Below, piece after piece: positions 56,051 through 64,000 of a DNA stretch of 64,000 bases (positions within the stretch are counted from its first letter, which is position 1; the number at the start of each line of letters is the position of its first letter). The DNA comes from an uncultured Umboniibacter sp. Its GTDB lineage: Bacteria; Pseudomonadota; Gammaproteobacteria; Pseudomonadales; DSM-25080. The notes below the pieces were generated by a model. That model worked only from the letters and a program-made list of their open reading frames with translations. It had not been told where the DNA came from and made no database searches. The position numbers and the translations under genes are program-made. The stretch is from contig NZ_CANMGY010000002.1 of assembly GCF_947497555.1 (NCBI RefSeq), positions 239,080 to 303,079 of the forward strand. The letters are read 5' to 3'.

Positions 56051-58504
56051 TTAGAAGTTGTACGCTACACGAACACCGAAGGTACGCGGTGCGTTGTAAT
56101 CACCCATTGCGCGGCCACGAGAGAATACGGTTGTTTCAGTGAGGTAAACCTCTTCCGTCACGTTCTTCGCGTAAGCCTGTACTGAGACGTCATCTAGCGG
56201 CGTGAACCAAGTAGCACGCAAATCTAGTGTAGTGTAAGCCTCTTGCTTAGCGAAGAAGTACTCTACGTTCTGCGTCTTGTACTCAGCCGAATGGTAAAGG
56301 AATGCTCCTGGAACCAACTCACCCATCGAACCCAGTGGGATGCTGTAAGAAGCGCCTAAGGCAATCGTGTAGTCAGGCGAGAAGCGAGCGTCTTTACCCT
56401 GCAGGTAATGGAAACGATCACCCGAATCAGGATCAAGTGTACCACCTTCGTCGAAACGACTTTCCTGCTCAGAGAACTCATCCAACTCGGAGAAGTCAAA
56501 TGATACACCAGCGTTTAGGAACAACTGACCAGTTGCCTGCCAGTTCATCTCAATCTCAAGACCCTGCGAACTCATGCTGCCGCCCGGAGCCTGCTGCGCC
56601 AAGATAGTACCATTCTGCTCTACGAAGACAGTAGTCGAAAGACCATCAAAGTCATTTCGGTAGGCCGCGGCGTTCAAGCGCATTGAGCCGTCTAACAACG
56701 TAGACTTAACACCAATCTCGTAAGCATCAACTGTGTTTGGATCCGTCAATTCGAAGCTACCGCCACCTTTTGGTGAACCACCGATGTAACCTGTTGCCAC
56801 CGAACCGTACATCATAACGTCATCGTTTAGGTTGTACTTAAGTGCCAATTTGTAGTCAGTATTGCTTGCCTTGCCATTGATCTCTTCACCTTTAACGGTG
56901 AACAACGTCGGCCAATCTGATGTGCGATCCGCAACCCACTCTGGATTATCAAAGCTTGGCGGCCAAGTACCCCAGTTTAGACCCGTGTCTAGGTACATGG
57001 TGTAAGAACGGCGCTCATCTTCCGAGTAACGGAGACCGGCTTCAAGCGTTAAGTCATCAGTTAGATCGTATGCCGCTTGACCGTAGATAGCCTGAGACTG
57101 AGTCCCACCATTACCCTGATACAACCAGTGGGCCCATACTGGGTTTTGCGGTGTAGCAGATGAGGTGTAACCCCAAACGAATTCACCACTTGTGTCACCA
57201 TCACCTGAGTCATCATAGAAGTAATAGCCAAGAGTCCACTGCAGTGGGCCTTCGCTGTTAGAGTTCAAGTTAACGTCAGCTTGGATAGCTTTCGAATTAA
57301 CACGCTGACCGGCTACCAGACCACAGTCTGTTGCTGGGTAGTAGTTCCACCAGGTGCAATCCAACGCTTGAGGACCACGGTTATCAAGATCTGCAGACGG
57401 GTTTGGTGAAAGGTCAGAATCCGTCAAACGGTATTCTTCATAGTCAAATAAGGTCGCAGCAGCGCGGAGCGTAGCGAAGTCTAGATCCCAGTTCAGTGCA
57501 GCACTGAAAGAGGTCTCTTTAATGTCTCGGCTAGCACCAAAATCATTCGCGATACGGTATGGATCTGGGTCAGTCGCTGCCGTGAAATCAGTTGGGTATT
57601 CGCCGGCCTGCGGACGACCGCCATTAGCGGAAGCACTAGTACCTTGACGAGGCTCCATCACGCCAGTCATACCGTTGGTTCCGCCGGTAGACGGGTTAAC
57701 TGGTACACCCAATACTTTGTACGCGTAGTCAGCATTACCGTTAGCGGTATCTTCCCAGTAAGTTGCCGTTAGCGTTAGATCGAAATCATCGCTTGGATAG
57801 AAACCAAGTTGTGCACGAGCGTAGGTGTTGTCGGCATCTTTAAGGCCACCATCTTCGTTGAAAGTGTTTACAACGTATGGGTCACGGAAGGTGTCACTCG
57901 CGGTAATACGAGCGGCAAACATATCGCCCATAGGAATATTAACAAAACCTTCAACCTTACGAAGAGAGTAGTTGCCTAGCGTTGCTGCAGCCCCGAAGTC
58001 GAAATCTTCGGTACTGGGCTTGTTAGCAATAACGTTAACCAAACCACCTAAAGTGTTACGACCAAATAGCGTACCCTGCGGACCTCGAAGCACTTCGACA
58101 CGCTCGACGTCTAGGTAAGAGGCTAGTGCCTGACCAGCGCGCGGTCGGTACTGTCCATCAATGTAAACAGGTACTGAGATATCGTTAGTACCAGCTGCAC
58201 CAGCACCACGCATGATAATTACCGGATCGTTACCGGAGTTCTTAACCTGCATACCTGGAACGGTCTTGTCGAGATCGAGGATATTAACGATTGATAGCTC
58301 AGTTAGCTGATCCCCAGTAACAGCGGTTACTGCGACAGCCAGATCCTGAACACTTGACTCACGTTTAGTAGCGGTAACGACAATTTCCTCTAGTCCTACC
58401 GACGACTGGCTTGATGCTTCCTGTGCAGCAGCAGTGTTAGCTGCAAGTACCGCAGCAATCGATGTCGCTAGGACTGAATGCTTGGCCTTAAAGTTTGTAC
58501 CCAT
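56051..58504 (-). CDS. TonB-dependent outer-membrane receptor
   Basis: Start trimmed to ATG 58504, which has a GAGGAG upstream. It has a signal peptide ending AAAQEA, a plug (LEEIVVTATKRESSVQD...; LRGPQGTLFGRNT.GG) and the terminal ...RVAYNF. Confidence 0.9.
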   Translation of the reverse strand: MGTNFKAKHSVLATSIAAVLAANTAAAQEASSQSSVGLEEIVVTATKRESSVQDLAVAVTAVTGDQLTELSIVNILDLDKTVPGMQVKNSGNDPVIIMRGAGAAGTNDISVPVYIDGQYRPRAGQALASYLDVERVEVLRGPQGTLFGRNTLGGLVNVIANKPSTEDFDFGAAATLGNYSLRKVEGFVNIPMGDMFAARITASDTFRDPYVVNTFNEDGGLKDADNTYARAQLGFYPSDDFDLTLTATYWEDTANGNADYAYKVLGVPVNPSTGGTNGMTGVMEPRQGTSASANGGRPQAGEYPTDFTAATDPDPYRIANDFGASRDIKETSFSAALNWDLDFATLRAAATLFDYEEYRLTDSDLSPNPSADLDNRGPQALDCTWWNYYPATDCGLVAGQRVNSKAIQADVNLNSNSEGPLQWTLGYYFYDDSGDGDTSGEFVWGYTSSATPQNPVWAHWLYQGNGGTQSQAIYGQAAYDLTDDLTLEAGLRYSEDERRSYTMYLDTGLNWGTWPPSFDNPEWVADRTSDWPTLFTVKGEEINGKASNTDYKLALKYNLNDDVMMYGSVATGYIGGSPKGGGSFELTDPNTVDAYEIGVKSTLLDGSMRLNAAAYRNDFDGLSTTVFVEQNGTILAQQAPGGSMSSQGLEIEMNWQATGQLFLNAGVSFDFSELDEFSEQESRFDEGGTLDPDSGDRFHYLQGKDARFSPDYTIALGASYSIPLGSMGELVPGAFLYHSAEYKTQNVEYFFAKQEAYTTLDLRATWFTPLDDVSVQAYAKNVTEEVYLTETTVFSRGRAMGDYNAPRTFGVRVAYNF

Positions 58505-58954
58505 GCCTGACTCCTCAGATGTACGTATTTGTATAATTATATTATCTGACCGATAGGTACTAGTAACTACCCATCTAGCTGCATTCTGTACTTCGAATGC
58601 AAAAAAAGTCAATAGTAACCCGCAAAAAAGTAGAATTACCTTTAACAATTAGCTGTAGAGGCTTTACCTAGTCTAGTGTTTAAAGCACAGTTCAATAAAT
58701 TCACTGAGAGCTTTATTTGGAGGGTTATTATTAAAAAAATAATCATCGATCGACAATCAAAGATGGTCAACCTCTGTAACGATAAAGCAGTATTATTTGA
58801 TAATTAACTCCGAATGCAATATTGGACAAAAAATAAGCAATACTTACCGCGCTTCGAATGCTTAACGAAGCTATGCCGAAAGCTAATTTACCTCGCTATT
58901 CGATACCTTCGAAGTTAAGATCAGTTTACGACTTAAGAACAGGGCACACTGAGT

Positions 58955-59596
58955 ATGTCGGCTATAAGAAACTTCATTAAAAATGCCATCATTGGCGGCG
59001 TGGTAGTTATCCTACCTATTATGATTTTAGCGCTACTATTTCGCTGGTTATTCAGTGTGATTTCCGAGTTAATCAGCCCGATCACATTAGTCCTTCTAGA
59101 AAATTTTGATCTACCGCCCCTAGTCGGAGATATTCTCGCTCTTTCACTCATCTTGGCGCTCTGCTTCTTGCTGGGAACACTTGTTGCCACCAGTATTGGC
59201 GCTTGGGCTCATGAACGCTTCGATCGCTATGCCTCCCGATTAGCGCCGGGTTACAATTTAATCAAGGAGATTGTAGGGCAATTTTTTGGTGATAAAAGTA
59301 ATTCACCCTTTGCTAAGGGCGAGGTTGCCGTGGTGCAACTTTTTGGCGTTAACTGCCCTACTAAAGTAACCGCCTTGGTTACTTCGAGACATTCGAATGG
59401 TGATTTCACCGTCTTTGTCCCCACTGGCCCGAACCCCACTTCAGGGTTAATGTATCACCTGCCACCGGAAGCTGTGACCTTATATCCTGACATTGGCGTT
59501 GAAGATATGATGCGCACAATTATTGCTTGCGGAGCGGGAACCGGAGCGCTTCTTAGTCGCCATGAAGGTGTCGCTCAAATAAAGACGGATAGTTAG
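58955..59596 (+). CDS. DUF502 family membrane protein
   Basis: 213 aa. It has the N-terminal IKNAIIGGVVVILPIMILALLFRWLF, a second TM and a C-terminal soluble part with the FVPT.PNPTSG motif. Confidence 0.75.
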   Translation: MSAIRNFIKNAIIGGVVVILPIMILALLFRWLFSVISELISPITLVLLENFDLPPLVGDILALSLILALCFLLGTLVATSIGAWAHERFDRYASRLAPGYNLIKEIVGQFFGDKSNSPFAKGEVAVVQLFGVNCPTKVTALVTSRHSNGDFTVFVPTGPNPTSGLMYHLPPEAVTLYPDIGVEDMMRTIIACGAGTGALLSRHEGVAQIKTDS

Positions 59597-59686
59597 AAAT
59601 CTTCGCCCACGCAGTCATTGCGGCGTGTTAGATCTAGAACTATTATAGGCTCATCAATTTTTAACCTCTTCAGGACTTACTGCGCT

Positions 59687-60232
59687 ATGCCATCCTCTCT
59701 TCAAGACCAATTACTTGCAGCCGGCCTTATTTCTAAAAAAGATGCCACCCAAGCCAATAAAAAGAAGAACAAACAGAAGAAGCAGCAACTCAAAAGCAAG
59801 CAGCCCGTTGTCGACGAGAATAAATCCAGATTGGAAGCCGAGCGTGCTGCAGCGGCTGAGCGCGACCGCAAACTCAACCGAGCGAGACAGGAAGAACAGC
59901 GCAAGAAGGAGCTTGTAGCTCAGGTTAAGCAACTCATTCTTACCAATCGAATCGCCAAAGACGGTGAGGTCGACTACAACTTCAGCTACCAATCTAAAGT
60001 CAAAAAAATTTCCGTTAGCGCGAAGCAGTTCACTGCGCTTGAAAAGAAACTTTTGGCGATAGGTATAAATGGTGATCAGTTCGAATTAATTCCAGCCGCC
60101 GTGGCATCCAAAATTGAGCAGCGTGTCCCTGACGCCGTATTATTCTGCGAAAACAAAGATGTGTTCGAACTGAGCGAAGAAGAGAAGGATTGGTACCAAG
60201 ATTTTGAAATCCCTGACGACCTCGACTGGTAG
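59687..60232 (+). CDS. yaiL: DUF2058 (YaiL-like) protein
   Basis: Start trimmed to ATG 59687. MPSSLQDQLLAAGLISKK, a Lys/Glu-rich segment, IPAAVASKIEQR and the terminal FEIPDDLDW parallel E. coli YaiL. Confidence 0.75.
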   Translation: MPSSLQDQLLAAGLISKKDATQANKKKNKQKKQQLKSKQPVVDENKSRLEAERAAAAERDRKLNRARQEEQRKKELVAQVKQLILTNRIAKDGEVDYNFSYQSKVKKISVSAKQFTALEKKLLAIGINGDQFELIPAAVASKIEQRVPDAVLFCENKDVFELSEEEKDWYQDFEIPDDLDW

Positions 60233-60325
60233 CATTCCAGAGAGATGTTTTTTTGCATCCAAATAAGTGGCTCTGCCGTCTATTAAGGTAAGCAAGAAAA
60301 ATTCATCTTAATAAGGAATGTAATC

Positions 60326-60679
60326 ATGACTGAAGTTATCGCAATTTTAACGGTTTTCGGCGTTCCAGCGCTCGTACTCACTTACTTTATTCGAGCTCGA
60401 ACCGCATATCGCCTCGCGATGCAGGAGACGCTTCGTTTGGCTATAGAAAAAGGCGAGACCTTGACGACCGAAACACTAGAAAATCTCAACAGAACTCGTC
60501 GAGCACCCGATGCCGACCGCCGAACCGCGTTGATTCTTCTCAGCCTGGGTGCGGCTGCGATGGCTGTTGGCTTCATGAATGGAGATCTTGAAGGATTTAA
60601 ATATGCCGGTATTTTCCCATTCTGCATGGGCATAGCACTGCTACTTAACTACCAACTCCGTACTACTCAAGAAGCCTAA
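60326..60679 (+). CDS. small three-TM membrane protein (DUF6249-like)
   Basis: 117 aa. One N-terminal TM is followed by an amphipathic LAIEKGETLT..TLE region and two C-terminal TM segments. The family call is from memory only. Confidence 0.4.
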   Translation: MTEVIAILTVFGVPALVLTYFIRARTAYRLAMQETLRLAIEKGETLTTETLENLNRTRRAPDADRRTALILLSLGAAAMAVGFMNGDLEGFKYAGIFPFCMGIALLLNYQLRTTQEA

Positions 60680-60691
60680 TTTTAGTTAAGT

Positions 60692-60734
60692 GAACAACAC
60701 AAAGCCTTCAGTTTATTGAGGGCTTCGTTGTTTC
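60692..60734 (+). terminator. imperfect hairpin after the small membrane protein gene
   Basis: GAACAACACAAAGCCTTCA / TGAGGGCTTCGTTGTTTC carries mismatches and only a weak T-tail. Confidence 0.35.
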
Positions 60735-60808
60735 AGTTGTATCTATCCACTCCCACGACTATAATCAGGTTGAACTGACGTCATTCATACAGCTTACTCG
60801 GGGGGCAA

Positions 60809-61105
60809 ATGAACATAACGTCCTTCAAGCGTCTAACTGTTATCGCCGTACTAGCCATTTTGGTTAGCCTGCCTATTCTTTCGTCTTTTCATAACATTGA
60901 CCACCCTGGGCACACCCACGGAGAAATCTGTGTAAGTTGTGCGGTGATTGATGGTTCGTCGAAAGCGGTTAACACCACTTTAGACTTTGCCCACCGTGTC
61001 GTTTCAGACTTATTCGATTGGGCATTCCAGCAAGTAACTCCCACATTTGAACTTGCCGAGCAGCCCAAGGCAAGAGCACCGCCCTCGTCCACCTCTATTA
61101 GCTAA
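60809..61105 (+). CDS. small exported His-rich/CxxC protein (DUF2946/DUF2607-like)
   Basis: 98 aa. A signal/anchor is followed by HNIDHPGHTHGEICVSCAV and a C-terminal ...KARAPPSS tail, which recalls DUF2946-type metal-locus proteins. Confidence 0.45.
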   Translation: MNITSFKRLTVIAVLAILVSLPILSSFHNIDHPGHTHGEICVSCAVIDGSSKAVNTTLDFAHRVVSDLFDWAFQQVTPTFELAEQPKARAPPSSTSIS

Positions 61106-61184
61106 ACCACGCTCAAACGCAAAACATATCTAATAGCACTAGCCTGCTGGGAAAAATCCCTGCAGCGTTATGGACGATTTTTAA

Positions 61185-62426
61185 ATGAAAACTAAAACAT
61201 CTAACATCTCAAAAACTACCTCTCTCAGCAGCGCAATCGCTTTCGCTTCGTTGGCATCAACACCCGTTCTGGCTCAATCAGACATTAACATTTCTGCGGT
61301 CCTTGATGGGTACTACCAAGAGGACGCATTAAGTGAAGGATTGCGCGAGGACGGATTCAATCTAGGGCACTCGGAACTTGCTATCTCTGCACCCGTTGAT
61401 GATTCCTTTTACGGCAAAATGACATTGGTCGTCGCTTCGCACGAAGGTGAAGTTGAAGTTGAGCTTGAGGAAGCCTTCATTCAAACCACAGCATTACCTG
61501 CAGGCTTTGGTATCAGAGCGGGACGCATGCTGTCGGATATTGGCTATTTAAATAACCAGCATTTGCATACTGATTCTTTCAGCGAGCGCCCTATCGCCTA
61601 TCGTGCCATGTTGGGTTCACATTATGCTGACGATGGTATTCGTGTTAACTGGGTCGCTCCTACAGAGACTTACCTCGCCTTTGGTGCAGAAGCGTTTTCA
61701 GGAGACGCTCTGGCACTGGAAGACGCCGAGGCTTCAGATAGCAGCATTGGTGTATCGACGCTCTATGCAAAACTTGGCGGTGACATTGGTGCATCAAGTA
61801 GCTGGCAGTTGGGTGCCGCTTATCTCCGCAATGAAAATGCTCAACGTCATTTAGAAGAGCACGATGATCATGGCGAACACGAAGAGCACGAAGAGCACGA
61901 AGAGCACGAAGAGCACGAAGAGCATGGTGATGTCGACGCACACGATGACCATGCTCATGGCCACGGTCCTGCGTATGGCGGCAAGAACATGGCAATCTTC
62001 GATGCCACCTACAAATGGGCGCCAAATGGCAACTACAAGTATCAGAGCCTTTCACTAAGCGCTGAACTGCTAATCGCCGACGACCTCTACGAGGAAGTCG
62101 ATTTAGATGAGCAAAACACCGGTTGGTACGTGTCTGGTATTTACCAGATCAATCCAAATTGGTCAGTTGCTTCGCGCTACGGTAAATTCAAAGGCTGGAG
62201 CTTCCATGAATTCCATACTGAAGCTGATGGCACCACCGTTGCTGAGTTCGAAGCGGAAGAGACAACTAACACTAGCCTTTCCGTTGGCTGGCATCCGTCA
62301 CACTTTTCGGTGATTCGATTATTTGCCGCGAAAGAAGAAATTTCCGGGGACTCATCAAGCAGTGACACTGTTGTCGGCATTAGCTTTAACACTGCCATAG
62401 GAGCTCACGGTGCACACGCCTATTAA
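61185..62426 (+). CDS. outer-membrane beta-barrel (porin-like) protein with a histidine/acid-rich insert
   Basis: 413 aa. It has a signal peptide ending VLAQS, alternating beta-strand patterns and a terminal aromatic residue (..GAHGAHAY). The insert reads HLEEHDDHGEHEEHEEHEEHEEHEEHGDVDAHDDHAHGHG. Confidence 0.6.
   Translation: MKTKTSNISKTTSLSSAIAFASLASTPVLAQSDINISAVLDGYYQEDALSEGLREDGFNLGHSELAISAPVDDSFYGKMTLVVASHEGEVEVELEEAFIQTTALPAGFGIRAGRMLSDIGYLNNQHLHTDSFSERPIAYRAMLGSHYADDGIRVNWVAPTETYLAFGAEAFSGDALALEDAEASDSSIGVSTLYAKLGGDIGASSSWQLGAAYLRNENAQRHLEEHDDHGEHEEHEEHEEHEEHEEHGDVDAHDDHAHGHGPAYGGKNMAIFDATYKWAPNGNYKYQSLSLSAELLIADDLYEEVDLDEQNTGWYVSGIYQINPNWSVASRYGKFKGWSFHEFHTEADGTTVAEFEAEETTNTSLSVGWHPSHFSVIRLFAAKEEISGDSSSSDTVVGISFNTAIGAHGAHAY
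61881..61925 (+). repeat. perfect in-frame 9-bp tandem repeat (GAAGAGCAC x4 plus GAAGAGCAT) encoding (EEH)5
   Basis: Read directly from the sequence. It is preceded by the related GAACAC at 61875-61880. Confidence 0.95.
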
Positions 62427-63312
62427 AAAAATGGTGTTGGGGGCGGCGCTTATAGCAGCGTCCGCCACCTCTCAAGCACTAAATATCTTCGCCTGCGAAC
62501 CAGAGTGGGCGGCCCTAGCTAAAGAGATTGCGCCGGATGCTAGCATCTATGCCGCCACTAGCGCACTGCAAGATCCTCACAACGTTCAAGCAAGACCCAG
62601 TCTGATTGCACAGTTTCGCCGTGCCGACTTGGCGATTTGCTCGGGGGCGGAACTCGAAGTTGGCTGGTTACCGATGCTGCAAATGAAGGCGAATAACCGC
62701 GATCTACGAACAGGTCAACCGGGTATGTTTTTCGCCGCGGAAGTAGTGGAGACGTTGGATAAACTGGAACGAGTAGATCGCTCAATGGGTGATGTGCATG
62801 CCGCTGGTAATCCTCATTTCCACCTCTCCCCAAGCCGGGTTGAGTTGGTGGCTAAGGAGTTGACTAAACGCCTTGGTGAGGTCGACGGGGAGAATCGGGC
62901 GAGCTATCAGCAAAACCTGAGCGACTTTTTGACCAGATGGTCTACTGCAACGCAGCGCTGGGAAACACGTGCCGAGGTGCTTAATGGCAATAAATATATT
63001 GCCTATCACTCTAGCTTTCGCTATCTATTCGATTGGCTTTCGTTGGAACAGATTGGCGATTTGGAGCCTCAACCCGGCCTTCCGCCTACGCCTGCTCACC
63101 TCGCTTCACTGCTCGAATTGAGTCGCAGTGAAAACGTGGCCGCCATTGTCTACACTGGCTATCAAGATAGCCGGGGTGCCGAGTGGCTAAGTGAACGTAC
63201 TGATATTGAAGAGAGCCAGCTATCTTATACAGCGAGTGAGGCCCATCCAAGCTTATTCGATGTTTATGAATCTCTAATCGATGAGTTAATGCGACTGCAC
63301 GATGATAAATAG
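62410..63312 (+). CDS. metal ABC transporter substrate-binding protein (ZnuA/TroA cluster A-I family)
   Basis: The GTG start overlaps the porin-like gene by 17 nt. It has a signal peptide ending SQA. The metal-site contexts LQDPHNVQARPS and AGNPHFHLSP match family motifs. There is no internal His-rich loop. Confidence 0.8.
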   Translation: MHTPIKKMVLGAALIAASATSQALNIFACEPEWAALAKEIAPDASIYAATSALQDPHNVQARPSLIAQFRRADLAICSGAELEVGWLPMLQMKANNRDLRTGQPGMFFAAEVVETLDKLERVDRSMGDVHAAGNPHFHLSPSRVELVAKELTKRLGEVDGENRASYQQNLSDFLTRWSTATQRWETRAEVLNGNKYIAYHSSFRYLFDWLSLEQIGDLEPQPGLPPTPAHLASLLELSRSENVAAIVYTGYQDSRGAEWLSERTDIEESQLSYTASEAHPSLFDVYESLIDELMRLHDDK

Positions 63313-64000
63313 CGATCTCATTGGTATCCTTCTGCCCGCTCTCGTAGCGGGCCTTATTGTCCTGGCGACACATATTCCGCTTGGCAAGCAGGTACTCAAG
63401 CGCAATATTATCTTCATTGATCTCGCAATCGCTCAGATTGCGGCATTCGGCGCCATCTTGGCTGAACTCCATCACCACGAATGGACGTCAGAACACTGGC
63501 ATTGGCTACTTCCCATCGCCTTCGCGCTCGCCGGCGCCCTGCTAATTAGTCAGTTGGAAAAGTTGGTTCGCCAAGAATTAGAGGCCTTTATTGGGTTGCT
63601 CTATGTCCTTGCTGCAGTCTGTGGCGTGCTAGTTCTAGCGGACTCACCCCATGGCGATGAATTACTTCAGTCGATGCTGGCGGGACAAATTCTCTGGACT
63701 GACTGGGGTGACCTCTTCGTTCCAGCCATTGTTTCTGCAGTGCTAGTAGGCTTATGGATATGGTTTCCACCTCAGCAAAACGCAACCATTTTCTACCTCA
63801 GTTTTGCCGTCGCAATCACCCTTAGCGTTCAACTTGTTGGTGTATATCTCGTCTTTACCAGCTTGATTGTCCCCGCGGTTGCCACCAGCGCACTGAAGAG
63901 CTATCGCACAACCATTGCGGTGATCATTGGCGTGCTAGGCTACTTCTTGGGTTTGCTAAGTTCTTTACTCTTCGACCTCCCCTCGGGCGCCGCCATCGTG
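63302..64000 (+). CDS. metal ABC transporter permease (ZnuB-like), 3' end lies outside the window
   Basis: ATG 63302 overlaps the SBP gene by 11 nt. The frame is open to the window end. MINSDLIGILLPALVAGLIVLATHIPLGKQVLKRNIIFIDLAIAQIAAFGA matches the ZnuB/TroC N-terminal pattern. Confidence 0.8.
   Translation, partial: MINSDLIGILLPALVAGLIVLATHIPLGKQVLKRNIIFIDLAIAQIAAFGAILAELHHHEWTSEHWHWLLPIAFALAGALLISQLEKLVRQELEAFIGLLYVLAAVCGVLVLADSPHGDELLQSMLAGQILWTDWGDLFVPAIVSAVLVGLWIWFPPQQNATIFYLSFAVAITLSVQLVGVYLVFTSLIVPAVATSALKSYRTTIAVIIGVLGYFLGLLSSLLFDLPSGAAIV

Noticed and set aside
58505-58954. Cobalamin or other riboswitch in the long leader region of the second TonB-dependent receptor.
   Set aside because: No B12-box-like (GCCACTG) or other conserved riboswitch core was visible on the minus strand.
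58873-58983. 36-codon ORF (MPKANLPRYSIPSK...) just upstream of, and overlapping, the DUF502 start.
   Set aside because: It has no SD, is out of frame with and overlaps the DUF502 gene, and its composition is unremarkable.
60680-61184. Looked for Zur, Fur or NikR-type palindromes upstream of the putative metal operon.
   Set aside because: I saw no convincing AT-rich dyad resembling GAAATGTTATAACATTTC or GATAATGATAATCATTATC. A degenerate site cannot be excluded without a PWM scan.

Overview
Gene-dense chromosomal segment of roughly 50% GC. Its gene content suggests a marine gammaproteobacterium of the Alteromonadales/Cellvibrionales type, though I cannot place it more precisely. I support about 56 CDS. 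I saw no rRNA, tRNA, CRISPR array, integrase, transposase, phage genes or recognisable defence or toxin-antitoxin module. Most of the window is ordinary housekeeping: galM (3' end), monomeric isocitrate dehydrogenase, bioA, asnS, sppA, P-II, ogt, djlA, fieF, arsC-wrbA-DUF2069 and kbl-tdh. Three parts are accessory-like and worth a second look. (1) A starch/maltodextrin cluster at 35.2-47.9 kb holds a secreted alpha-amylase, a GH13 alpha-glucosidase, MalT, GH31, a GH13 lipoprotein, a sugar kinase and a LacI regulator. A peculiar C-run/G-run, MalT-box-like motif occurs three times. One copy lies upstream of a distant TonB-dependent receptor that is paired with a flavin-halogenase homologue (7.9-12.6 kb). 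(2) A minus-strand string at 50.6-58.5 kb reads TonB-dependent receptor, TPR-sulfotransferase, a tightly coupled 48-codon micro-ORF, a fold-type-II PLP enzyme, an SLC13-type anion permease and ArsR. (3) A putative metal-uptake operon at 60.8-64.0 kb encodes a small His/CxxC protein, an outer-membrane beta-barrel with an (EEH)n histidine-rich insert encoded by a perfect 9-bp tandem repeat, a ZnuA/TroA-like binding protein and a permease. I cannot point to a clear-cut, entirely new multi-gene system. Items 2 and 3 are the best candidates for undescribed biology. All family assignments come from recognising motifs by eye, not from searches.
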